This document shows positions 35,164 to 43,237 of a stretch of 44,815 bases of DNA, piece by piece (position 1 is the first letter of the stretch; every line of letters begins with the position of its first letter). Under the pieces are notes generated by a model. That model did no database searches. It worked only from the letters and a program-made list of their open reading frames with translations, and was not told where the DNA came from. This stretch comes from Bacteroidaceae bacterium (GTDB taxonomy: Bacteria > Bacteroidota > Bacteroidia > Bacteroidales > Bacteroidaceae). Location of the stretch: positions 1 through 44,815 of the forward strand of contig JAFYVX010000177.1 of assembly GCA_017558255.1 (NCBI GenBank), written 5' to 3'. A program made the position numbers and the translations under genes.

Positions 35164-37245
35164 ATGACACTGCAGGAAAAGATATTGAGAGCCTTTAATG
35201 GCAAAGTGGTGAGAAAGGATTTGGCTTTCCTGGTAAAAGGCGGTCTGCCAGTTCCTACGTATGTATTGGAATTTCTTCTTGGACAATTCTGTGCCAGCGA
35301 TGATGAGGATTTAATTGACAAAGGACTGGAAAGAGTAAAAGAAGTAATCCAGTACAACTATGTGCACCGTGCTGAGGCAGAATCTGTGAAAGGAAAAATT
35401 CGTGAAGCAGGAAGCCATCGCATCATTGATAAGGTTACCGTGGTTCTCTATGAGAAAGCGGATGAATACCAGGCGTCCTTCGCCAACCTGGGACTGACGG
35501 GGGTTCCCATCGGTACACAATACGTCAAGTTAAATCCTAAACTGTTGTCTGGCAACGGTGTATGGTGTATAGTTACCGTGGGCTACATTTCTGGAGAAGA
35601 TATAAAGGTGAGGTGGGAAATACTGAATATGAAACCCATACAAATCTCCGACATCAATGTCAGCGAGTATGTTGACCAACGACAGTACTTTACCACCGAC
35701 GAATGGATTGACTTCCTGATGCATACTGTGGGACTGAACCCTGAAAAGATGAACAGAAGGGAAAAGTTCATCACACTGGCGCGTCTGCTGCCACATGTAG
35801 AAAACAACTTCAACTTCATGGAGCTGGGACCAAAGGGTACGGGCAAATCCCATGTATTCCAAGAATTGTCTCCCTATGGGGTACTTGTCAGCGGTGGTGA
35901 TGTAACACCTGCACGCCTGTTCGTGCGCATGAGCGGCAAGAGAGAGGAATTAGGTCTTGTGGGATATTGGGATGTAGTGGCATGGGACGAGTTCGAGCAG
36001 CAAAAGGGACGTTCAGTTGATGCCGTTCTTATAGATACCATGCAAAACTACCTTGCCAACAAATCGTTCAATAGAGGCAAGGGAACTCATGAGGCATCGG
36101 CATCGATGTGCTTTGTCGGCAATACGAAACATACCGTTCCATATATGCTGAAGAACAGCCACCTATTTGAGTCTATACCAACGTCGTTCATAAAGGGTGC
36201 TTTCCTTGACCGTATACACCTGTACAATCCTGGCTGGGAAATCAAGATGCTGAAGAAGGAGTCGTTCTCTAAGGGCTTCGGACTGATTACAGACTATATT
36301 GCTGCTATTCTGCATGAATTGCGCAACAAGGATTTGACAAGCATGCTGAAAGACTATGCCAAATTCGACCCGTCTCTGTCCGAGCGCGACCACCTTGCTA
36401 TCAGAAAAACTTTCTCTGGTATGGTGAAACTGCTTTATCCCGACCTGAAGATGACCGACGAGGAGGCGTATGAACTGGTAGATTTTGCTGCAGAAAGCAG
36501 AAAGCGTGTCAAAGACCAGCTGTATGTAATAGACGAAACATTCAGGGCAGAACCTGCTGTATTTAAGTATGTCAACTTGAAGACTGGCATAGAAATGAAT
36601 GTGGAAACGCTGGAGAAGGTGAGCAATGCGCTGATTGTTCCAATAAATCAGGCTATGTCCCCAACTGACAACAGGGTCAACGATGCTGATGCCAGACCAT
36701 ACAATCCGCAAGCGGCTATACCTATGGAAAAAACCACAAGGGAAGAGACCAAGCGGACTGATGCTCCTGCACTGAGAGAACAGAACCTGTCCTTCAGAAT
36801 GGGACAGACTGGAATTTCATTTGAAAAACTGTTTGCACCTTACATGCAGAATGCAAATGAGATTGTCGTTGAAGACCCTTATATCCGAACATCTTGGCAA
36901 ATAAAGAATTTCCTGGAGTTTGTGACAATGCTCATAGATACACGACCTGTGGATGACTTGAAACTGAAATTGGTGACAAGTGAAGAGGAAGAAAAGTGTC
37001 TTGAACTCATAGACAGGCTTGATGACATCAAAGACGACCTCGCTGCGTACGGTATCGAATTTGAATATACACTAAGAGACTTCCACGACCGTTGCATCAA
37101 GACGGACACTGGATGGACCATAACCCTGGGACGCGGTCTTGACATGTTCGAGAAATACTCTCCCTTCAGCATTGCTAACAGCCGTCAGGACAAACGTAAA
37201 TGCAAAGAGTGCATGATAACATATATGAAATCTAAATCCATATAG
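35164..37245 (+). CDS. brxL: BREX Lon-like protease/ATPase BrxL
   Basis: 693 aa with Walker A GPKGTGKS at 35827-35850 and Walker B-like VVAWDEFEQ. It is the last canonical type 1 BREX gene. Confidence 0.85.
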   Translation: MTLQEKILRAFNGKVVRKDLAFLVKGGLPVPTYVLEFLLGQFCASDDEDLIDKGLERVKEVIQYNYVHRAEAESVKGKIREAGSHRIIDKVTVVLYEKADEYQASFANLGLTGVPIGTQYVKLNPKLLSGNGVWCIVTVGYISGEDIKVRWEILNMKPIQISDINVSEYVDQRQYFTTDEWIDFLMHTVGLNPEKMNRREKFITLARLLPHVENNFNFMELGPKGTGKSHVFQELSPYGVLVSGGDVTPARLFVRMSGKREELGLVGYWDVVAWDEFEQQKGRSVDAVLIDTMQNYLANKSFNRGKGTHEASASMCFVGNTKHTVPYMLKNSHLFESIPTSFIKGAFLDRIHLYNPGWEIKMLKKESFSKGFGLITDYIAAILHELRNKDLTSMLKDYAKFDPSLSERDHLAIRKTFSGMVKLLYPDLKMTDEEAYELVDFAAESRKRVKDQLYVIDETFRAEPAVFKYVNLKTGIEMNVETLEKVSNALIVPINQAMSPTDNRVNDADARPYNPQAAIPMEKTTREETKRTDAPALREQNLSFRMGQTGISFEKLFAPYMQNANEIVVEDPYIRTSWQIKNFLEFVTMLIDTRPVDDLKLKLVTSEEEEKCLELIDRLDDIKDDLAAYGIEFEYTLRDFHDRCIKTDTGWTITLGRGLDMFEKYSPFSIANSRQDKRKCKECMITYMKSKSI

Positions 37246-37247
37246 TC

Positions 37248-37607
37248 ATGGCTAAGCTTAGCAAAGATGCCTTCGCCATTATGGCTGTCTGCGAAAAGAC
37301 AAGAGAACCCTTTGGCGTAACTATAGACCCTCGACAGGGCTGCTATGCTTTTGCATGGGCGTTCAAGATAAAAAAGGAACAGGCAAAGAGAGAAGGATAT
37401 GACAAGAGGCATGTGCACGGGGCTGTAATGTACGATGACAACTTCAATGGATGTCCACATTGTGGCTCCAAGCAATTCTACATCTGCAACAGATGCGGAA
37501 AGGTGGTGTGCTATCATGGTCAAGAATACGTGACATGCCCCAACTGCAACAGTTCAAGTACATTGCAGGCAGCGGAAAGTGTTGACTTGTCTGGTGGAGG
37601 ATTCTAA
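37248..37607 (+). CDS. Small Cys-rich zinc-ribbon protein (TerY-C-like)
   Basis: 119 aa. CPHCGSKQFYICNRCGKVVCYHGQEYVTCPNC contains three CxxC pairs. The gene starts 2 nt after the brxL stop. Confidence 0.55.
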   Translation: MAKLSKDAFAIMAVCEKTREPFGVTIDPRQGCYAFAWAFKIKKEQAKREGYDKRHVHGAVMYDDNFNGCPHCGSKQFYICNRCGKVVCYHGQEYVTCPNCNSSSTLQAAESVDLSGGGF

Positions 37608-37633
37608 AAGAATAATAAATACATATAACAGTT

Positions 37634-38899
37634 ATGCTGGAACTTAAAACAGGTGACAAGGTTACTTTAACTAATGGTTCTGAGGCAACCATAGTAAGGG
37701 AACTTGGACGTGGTGGACAAGGTATTGTCTACCTCGTAGAACTGGGCGGACAGAAGATGGCACTAAAATGGTATCTGAACAAACCCACAGAATGGTTCTA
37801 CAAGAACCTTGAGGAAAATATTGCAAAAGGGGCACCATCGGAGGCTTTTCTTTGGCCTGAATATATGACAGTTGTAAAGAATGGCTACTTTGGTTACATA
37901 ATGAAACTGCGCCCACAAGGATATTATGAATTCGGGCATTATCTTCTTGCCCGTGCTCAGTTTAAGTCCTTGGATGCCATTGTAAATGCTGCCATGAAGA
38001 TTTGCGAGGGCTTCAAATCACTTCACCTGTCAGGACTTAGCTATCAGGACTTGAACGACGGCAACTTCTTTATCCACGCAGAAACTGGCGACGTCTTGAT
38101 ATGCGACAATGACAATGTGGCTCCTGAGGGTGAAAATTCGGGTATATTAGGCAAAGCCAGATACATGGCTCCAGAAGTTGTGACCGGTACAAAAATGCCA
38201 AGCAAGCAGACCGACCGCTATTCCCTGTCGGTAGTCCTATTCCTTTTGTTCTACGGCAACCATCCATTGGAAGGTGCTCGTGTTCTTGCATGTCCTTGTA
38301 TGACAGAAAAATATGAAAAACAATTCTACGGAAGCGAAGCCATATTTATCTATGACAAGTCGAACAAAAGCAACTTGCCCGTACGTGGAGTCCATAACAA
38401 TGTCATGCGTAAATGGCCTGCTTTCCCTGCTTTATTAAGAGAGGCCTTTACTAAAGAGTTCAGTCAGGAATGCCTTAAAAACCCATCTGCACGATGCCTG
38501 GAAAGAGATTGGCAGAAGAATATCCAAAAGATACGCGACATGCTTGTCGTGTGTCCTATCTGCAAACAACAAACCTTTGTCGAAGACTTGTCTGCCCCAA
38601 AATGTGTGAATTGTGGAAAAGACATTACAATATCTGGAGTATTGAAACTCAATGACAGAGATATCTTATTGACACCCAATACCAAGGTGTATATTGATAT
38701 GGATAACAAACCTGACATTGAAGTAATCGAAATTCCTGGCGATAAATATCCTATACAATTGAGGAATATAAATTCCAACAAATGGACTGTGGAGACACCA
38801 AGCGGTAAACTTAAGTCTATAGCCCCCAACCAGTGCATGCCTGTGAAAGCAGGATTAAAGGTTAGTTTTGGAGGTACCGTAAAAGGAGAAATTATTTAA
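37634..38899 (+). CDS. Ser/Thr protein kinase with a C-terminal zinc ribbon and an FHA-like beta domain
   Basis: G-loop GRGGQG (37706-37723), VAIK-like MALKW, catalytic-loop-like SYQDLNDGNFF, DFG position CDNDN, and ARYMAPE. These are followed by CPICKQ...KCVNCG and a beta-rich tail (NINSNKWTVETPSGK...GLKVSFGG). Confidence 0.75.
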   Translation: MLELKTGDKVTLTNGSEATIVRELGRGGQGIVYLVELGGQKMALKWYLNKPTEWFYKNLEENIAKGAPSEAFLWPEYMTVVKNGYFGYIMKLRPQGYYEFGHYLLARAQFKSLDAIVNAAMKICEGFKSLHLSGLSYQDLNDGNFFIHAETGDVLICDNDNVAPEGENSGILGKARYMAPEVVTGTKMPSKQTDRYSLSVVLFLLFYGNHPLEGARVLACPCMTEKYEKQFYGSEAIFIYDKSNKSNLPVRGVHNNVMRKWPAFPALLREAFTKEFSQECLKNPSARCLERDWQKNIQKIRDMLVVCPICKQQTFVEDLSAPKCVNCGKDITISGVLKLNDRDILLTPNTKVYIDMDNKPDIEVIEIPGDKYPIQLRNINSNKWTVETPSGKLKSIAPNQCMPVKAGLKVSFGGTVKGEII

Positions 38900-38921
38900 A
38901 AACAACTTAAACCAATAAATT

Positions 38922-39668
38922 ATGGGACTTTGTGACAACGAAAGCATTCCAAGAAGAAAAATGACACTTTTCTTTGTGATTGACACATCTGGCAGTATGA
39001 CTGGCAGTAAAATTGGTAGCGTCAATGATGCTATCGAGAACGTTTTGCCTATGATAGGTGAAATATCAGACGAAAACCCTGATGCGGAAATCAATATTGC
39101 AGCATTGGAATTTTCTACTGGAACCAGATGGCTTTATGACGCACCCAAAGAGGCCAAAGAATTTATTTGGCAGAATGTAGAAGCAGATGGATTGACATCG
39201 CTTGGTGAAGCATGCGAAGAGCTGAACAAAAAACTTTCTCGTAATGGTGGTTTTATGTCTAGTCCAAGCGGATGCTTTGCACCAGCTATCATTCTATTGT
39301 CCGATGGAGGTCCAACAGACAACTTTGAAGATGGTTTGAAATCCCTACAAGACAATAGTTGGTACAAGAATGCCATCAAGATAGCAATAGCCATTGGTGA
39401 TGATGCAGACAAGCATGTACTGAAAAAGTTCACCGGTTCTGCAGAAGCGGTTATCACAGTACATAATATCGATGCATTAAAGCAAATGATACGTATTATT
39501 GCCATCACCTCTTCTCAGATTGGCAGTAAGAGTACATCTGCAACTGATGCAACAAAGCAGGAACAGGTTATTGAAGAAGTAAATAAGGCCGCTGCCGATA
39601 TAGATGGAGTAGAAACGGCTGCTGCTCCTGCACCTGCGGCGGGTGATTCATACGATGAATGGGAATAA
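38922..39668 (+). CDS. von Willebrand factor A domain protein (TerY-like)
   Basis: MIDAS motif DTSGS at 38982-38996 within FFVIDTSGSMTGSKIG, plus ILLSDGGPTD. The C-terminal tail is Ala/Pro-rich and acidic. Confidence 0.75.
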   Translation: MGLCDNESIPRRKMTLFFVIDTSGSMTGSKIGSVNDAIENVLPMIGEISDENPDAEINIAALEFSTGTRWLYDAPKEAKEFIWQNVEADGLTSLGEACEELNKKLSRNGGFMSSPSGCFAPAIILLSDGGPTDNFEDGLKSLQDNSWYKNAIKIAIAIGDDADKHVLKKFTGSAEAVITVHNIDALKQMIRIIAITSSQIGSKSTSATDATKQEQVIEEVNKAAADIDGVETAAAPAPAAGDSYDEWE

Positions 39669-39686
39669 GATAATATCCAACGCAAT

Positions 39687-40934
39687 ATGAACTGCATAGA
39701 ACATCATTGCCAAGGAGAAAGTCACAAGTCGGACGACAAACCCTGTCAAGATTATGCTTATGCTGAGTCCAGAGATGGACTTAGCATGGCCATAGTCTGT
39801 GATGGCCATGGAGGCGAACGGTATTTCAGAAGTCATTACGGCTCCAGGTTTGCTACCGAAATAACCATAGAGGCAGTACATGAATATGTCAGAAATAAGG
39901 CTGCGTCCTTTGAAAACAAGGAAAAGAAATCGGTTTTTGATGCTTCTCCGTTCACCTCATATGATGCAGCAAATGCCACTGATGCACAATTGGACTGTGA
40001 CGCACACAAGTCTCTGATGTGGTTGTTTTCTTCTATTATCAACCAATGGAACGTCAGGGTTACACAACATGCTCAGGAAACTGAACTGACGGAATGGGAA
40101 TTGAATCACGTAGAACAGAAATATCTGGATGAGTTCTCTGTCAAGAGGAAGTCAGAAGGTTCGACTTTCGAAAAGACCTATGGCTGTACTCTAATGGCGT
40201 ATGTACAGACACCAACATATTGGTTTGCGTTCCATCTTGGAGATGGGAAATGCGTATCAATGCGTGTGGAAAACGAGAAACTTGTCTGCGAACAACCCAT
40301 CCCCTGGGACGAGCGCTGCTTCCTGAACAAGACAACATCATTGTGTGATTACAATGCCTTGGAGGAATTCCGCTATTGTTATCAAGGAAATGGCGAGTTC
40401 CCGCTTGCTGTATTCCTTGGGTCTGATGGAATGGACGACTCTTTTGGTGATGGATATAATTTATACAACTTCTATATTCAGCTATTTAAACTGATAATCC
40501 GGAAAGGCAAAGATAGCGCATATAAAGAACTTGTCAAATCACTCCCGATAATTAGTAAAATAGGCAGCAAGGATGATATGTCGGTAGCAAGCGTATTTGA
40601 CGACAGAGATATTACGAAGACATTCTTCATGCTTACAGGTTTTCAAAAAGCAGAACTGAGCCAACAATTGGATGACGTAGAGAAGAAAACCATAGAATTG
40701 CAAAAAAAGATAGAGTCCGCCGAAAACTATGACAGTTTGACAAGAAGCCAGCAGATAAACATCGACTATGCTAAAAAAGATTTAGTCAAGGCACAGGAAA
40801 AAGTCTCAAAGCTTGATTACAGAATCCGCTTCATCAAGGGCGAGGAGACAAGGTATAGAAACCGTCTGCTCGAACAAGGACAGGCAACACCTCCAGTAGA
40901 CCCTGATTCGTCTATGGAATTGATTAACCAGTAA
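39687..40934 (+). CDS. PP2C-family Ser/Thr phosphatase with a C-terminal coiled coil
   Basis: CQDYAY...AIVCDGHGG (DGHGG at 39801-39815), HLGDGK and FLGSDGMDDSFG. The last ~100 aa are heptad-like (QQLDDVEKKTIELQKKIESAENYD...). Confidence 0.75.
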   Translation: MNCIEHHCQGESHKSDDKPCQDYAYAESRDGLSMAIVCDGHGGERYFRSHYGSRFATEITIEAVHEYVRNKAASFENKEKKSVFDASPFTSYDAANATDAQLDCDAHKSLMWLFSSIINQWNVRVTQHAQETELTEWELNHVEQKYLDEFSVKRKSEGSTFEKTYGCTLMAYVQTPTYWFAFHLGDGKCVSMRVENEKLVCEQPIPWDERCFLNKTTSLCDYNALEEFRYCYQGNGEFPLAVFLGSDGMDDSFGDGYNLYNFYIQLFKLIIRKGKDSAYKELVKSLPIISKIGSKDDMSVASVFDDRDITKTFFMLTGFQKAELSQQLDDVEKKTIELQKKIESAENYDSLTRSQQINIDYAKKDLVKAQEKVSKLDYRIRFIKGEETRYRNRLLEQGQATPPVDPDSSMELINQ

Positions 40935-41031
40935 GATTCTTTATCAGCAAAAATTTAATGACAACGAGTACTTGCAAGTATTACTTACAAAAAGCAGACT
41001 GGTCTTCACTTTCACACAAGATATCGTTGTC

Positions 41032-41673
41032 TCAGACCATCACCATTCCATTCACTTCTCCTATGTACTGGAGGAGTTCTTCGCGGCCCATGCGGGTTTC
41101 GCTGCTGGTGACGAAGTGCGGAGGGAGTTCTTCCCATTGCTTTGACAACTCCTTCATGTAGTGGCGCACATTGCCTGCAAGGTGTCCTTTGGATACCTTG
41201 TCGGCTTTGGTAAATATGATGGCAAAAGGCACGCCGTTCTCGCCAAGCCACTCTATGAACTCGAGGTCTATGCGCTGTGGTTCATGACGCACGTCTATCA
41301 AGAGGAAAAGCAAGGTCATCTGCTCTCTTTCAAGAATGTATGAACTAATCATATGCTCAAACTCCTCCTGTGCCTTTTTGCCACGCTTTGCATATCCATA
41401 ACCGGGCAGGTCGACAAGATACCATGGATGGTCTTCAGCCTTGGCTGGCATCTTACCCTCCTGTGCCTTGTTGATGAGGAAGTGGTTGATAAGTATGGTC
41501 TTACCCGGTGTTGCAGAGGTTTTTGCCAGCTTGTTGTTGTCAGCAAGCATGTTTATAAGGGAACTCTTGCCAACATTACTTCTGCCAATGAAGGCATATT
41601 CCGGATAACCTGCCTGTGGACACTGTTCCACCTTGGCACTGGAGATGAGATATTCTGCTGTCTTTATAGTCAT
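41032..41673 (-). CDS. engB: Ribosome-biogenesis GTPase YihA/YsxC (EngB)
   Basis: G1 [13 protein letters not shown]3 DLPGYG, G4 TKADK. Start set at ATG 41671-41673, since the longer ORF uses a TTG that overlaps the stop of the upstream gene. Confidence 0.85.
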   Translation of the reverse strand: MTIKTAEYLISSAKVEQCPQAGYPEYAFIGRSNVGKSSLINMLADNNKLAKTSATPGKTILINHFLINKAQEGKMPAKAEDHPWYLVDLPGYGYAKRGKKAQEEFEHMISSYILEREQMTLLFLLIDVRHEPQRIDLEFIEWLGENGVPFAIIFTKADKVSKGHLAGNVRHYMKELSKQWEELPPHFVTSSETRMGREELLQYIGEVNGMVMV

Positions 41674-41681
41674 AGTTGCGA

Positions 41682-43007
41682 TTACCAATTATAGTTCAAA
41701 CCAAGAGAAAGCCATTCCTGCATCATGATATATCCATTATCACCTTTATAAGAGGTGCTGCTGTCATCGAACTTGGGATAGACGAAGAAGGTGGCAGAGA
41801 GATATTTGTTGATGGTAAAGTTAAAGGTATTCTCCCACTCTATGTTGGTGTATTTCAGGTTACTTATCCAATACATGCGTGACCTCCATGAGACGTTCTT
41901 GGCTATCTGCCAATAGGTATTTACCGTTATACTGGGACCAAAGTTGTGATACGCATGATGACCTTCCTGAACACCATGCTTGGTAGATAGGCTCAGGCGG
42001 TCGACATATCGCATATTGTATGAGCAAGGAGCCAGGTAGACGTTACCATTGAACTTGTTGTTCTTGGTGGCGAACTTGTAGTCAAGACCGACAGAAACAG
42101 TGAGGTTCATCGGCGAGAGGAAACTTGTCCTCAAGTCGTCCGAGTTATGTTCATACAAGGGCACTATCTGGGTATAGGCCTCCACCTGGGTTGTATAGTA
42201 CAGAGTCTTGTAGGCCTTGTAGCCCAACTTTGTCCTCAGACGAAGCAGGTTGTCGGTGGGTTTCATCGAACGGCGTGTCTCCGACTCTCCTGTTGTCTGG
42301 AATCCGAGTCGTGCCTCCAGGCGGTTTTCCCATTGTATATTCTGCCTGTTATCATAGTTTGCATTCAATGTCAGCATGCACAGGAAAGAATAATTGTTAT
42401 CGCCACCCCTAAACCAGTTGTCGGAGAAATAGTTCTGCGTGAACTTCAAGGAACCCTCACCAGGGAACTTCCAGAAATTGGGTTTGCGAGTAACCAACTC
42501 CACACCCTCGTTCATCTCTGTTCCCAGATCTACGGTTACCACCTTGTCGGAAAGTTTAGTATCCGTGGTAAGGGAACCATGTACGTCATCGCGCAAGGTA
42601 CCGGCCTGTTCCACCTGAGAGTCTGTCTGCACCACTATATCCGGTCTGTTCACATACATCTTGGCAAAAGCATCATTCACCAGAAACATACGCATCAGGC
42701 TCTTGTCTGTGTGAATATCGAGTCTGTCGGCAGAAAACTGCTGCAGCACTGAGGAAGAATAGAATGTGGGAGGCAGTGACATGCGAAGGGCATATACATC
42801 CAATGGTCTCTTGTAGGTATTCTGCCTTATCGACTTGTTACGCTGGTGCACCAGTTCCTCTATCTTCTTGCCATAAACATCGGCAATGGAGTCAACACTA
42901 TATCTCCACACCACACTTTTGGACAGCATAGTGCTATCTTCATCTTTAATGGAAAAGGCAAAGGTAGAAAACAGTATAAATACGGTAAAAAACAAATATC
43001 TCTGCAT
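41682..43007 (-). CDS. Predicted outer-membrane beta-barrel protein (possibly DUF3078-type)
   Basis: Start at ATG 43005-43007 gives the signal peptide [19 protein letters not shown]. Alternating-hydrophobic strands run throughout, and the terminus is aromatic (...LSLGLNYNW). Confidence 0.55.
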   Translation of the reverse strand: MQRYLFFTVFILFSTFAFSIKDEDSTMLSKSVVWRYSVDSIADVYGKKIEELVHQRNKSIRQNTYKRPLDVYALRMSLPPTFYSSSVLQQFSADRLDIHTDKSLMRMFLVNDAFAKMYVNRPDIVVQTDSQVEQAGTLRDDVHGSLTTDTKLSDKVVTVDLGTEMNEGVELVTRKPNFWKFPGEGSLKFTQNYFSDNWFRGGDNNYSFLCMLTLNANYDNRQNIQWENRLEARLGFQTTGESETRRSMKPTDNLLRLRTKLGYKAYKTLYYTTQVEAYTQIVPLYEHNSDDLRTSFLSPMNLTVSVGLDYKFATKNNKFNGNVYLAPCSYNMRYVDRLSLSTKHGVQEGHHAYHNFGPSITVNTYWQIAKNVSWRSRMYWISNLKYTNIEWENTFNFTINKYLSATFFVYPKFDDSSTSYKGDNGYIMMQEWLSLGLNYNW

Positions 43008-43028
43008 ACTGACTATATATGTACGGCA

Positions 43029-43036
43029 CAAAGTTA
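43029..43036 (-). promoter_or_regulatory. -7 box TAACTTTG (minus strand) for the OMP-engB operon
   Basis: Plus-strand CAAAGTTA, 22 nt upstream of the ATG at 43007. Confidence 0.5.
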
Positions 43037-43196
43037 CAACATTATTTTAACTTTCATAGCACATATATTAATTAATGATAGCATTTATTTGTTTTTCCGT
43101 GGTTAATCGTAACTCCGAAACTATGTTTCTTAGTTACTCTCGCTCGGAAATTTAAAATTAAAGCAAGCTTTATTTTGTATTTCGCTCGCTTATTCG

Positions 43197-43204
43197 TAAC
43201 TTTG
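43197..43204 (+). promoter_or_regulatory. -7 box TAACTTTG for yidC
   Basis: TAnnTTTG match 34 nt upstream of the ATG at 43238. Confidence 0.5.
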
Positions 43205-43237
43205 CCCGCGTTTTGCATGAAAATCAAACAATAACTT

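Noticed and set aside
40969-40980. Palindrome TACTTGCAAGTA after the PP2C gene, considered as the terminator of the array.
   Set aside because: It leaves no loop, so only about 4 bp could pair, and no T-tract follows. It is not a credible intrinsic terminator.
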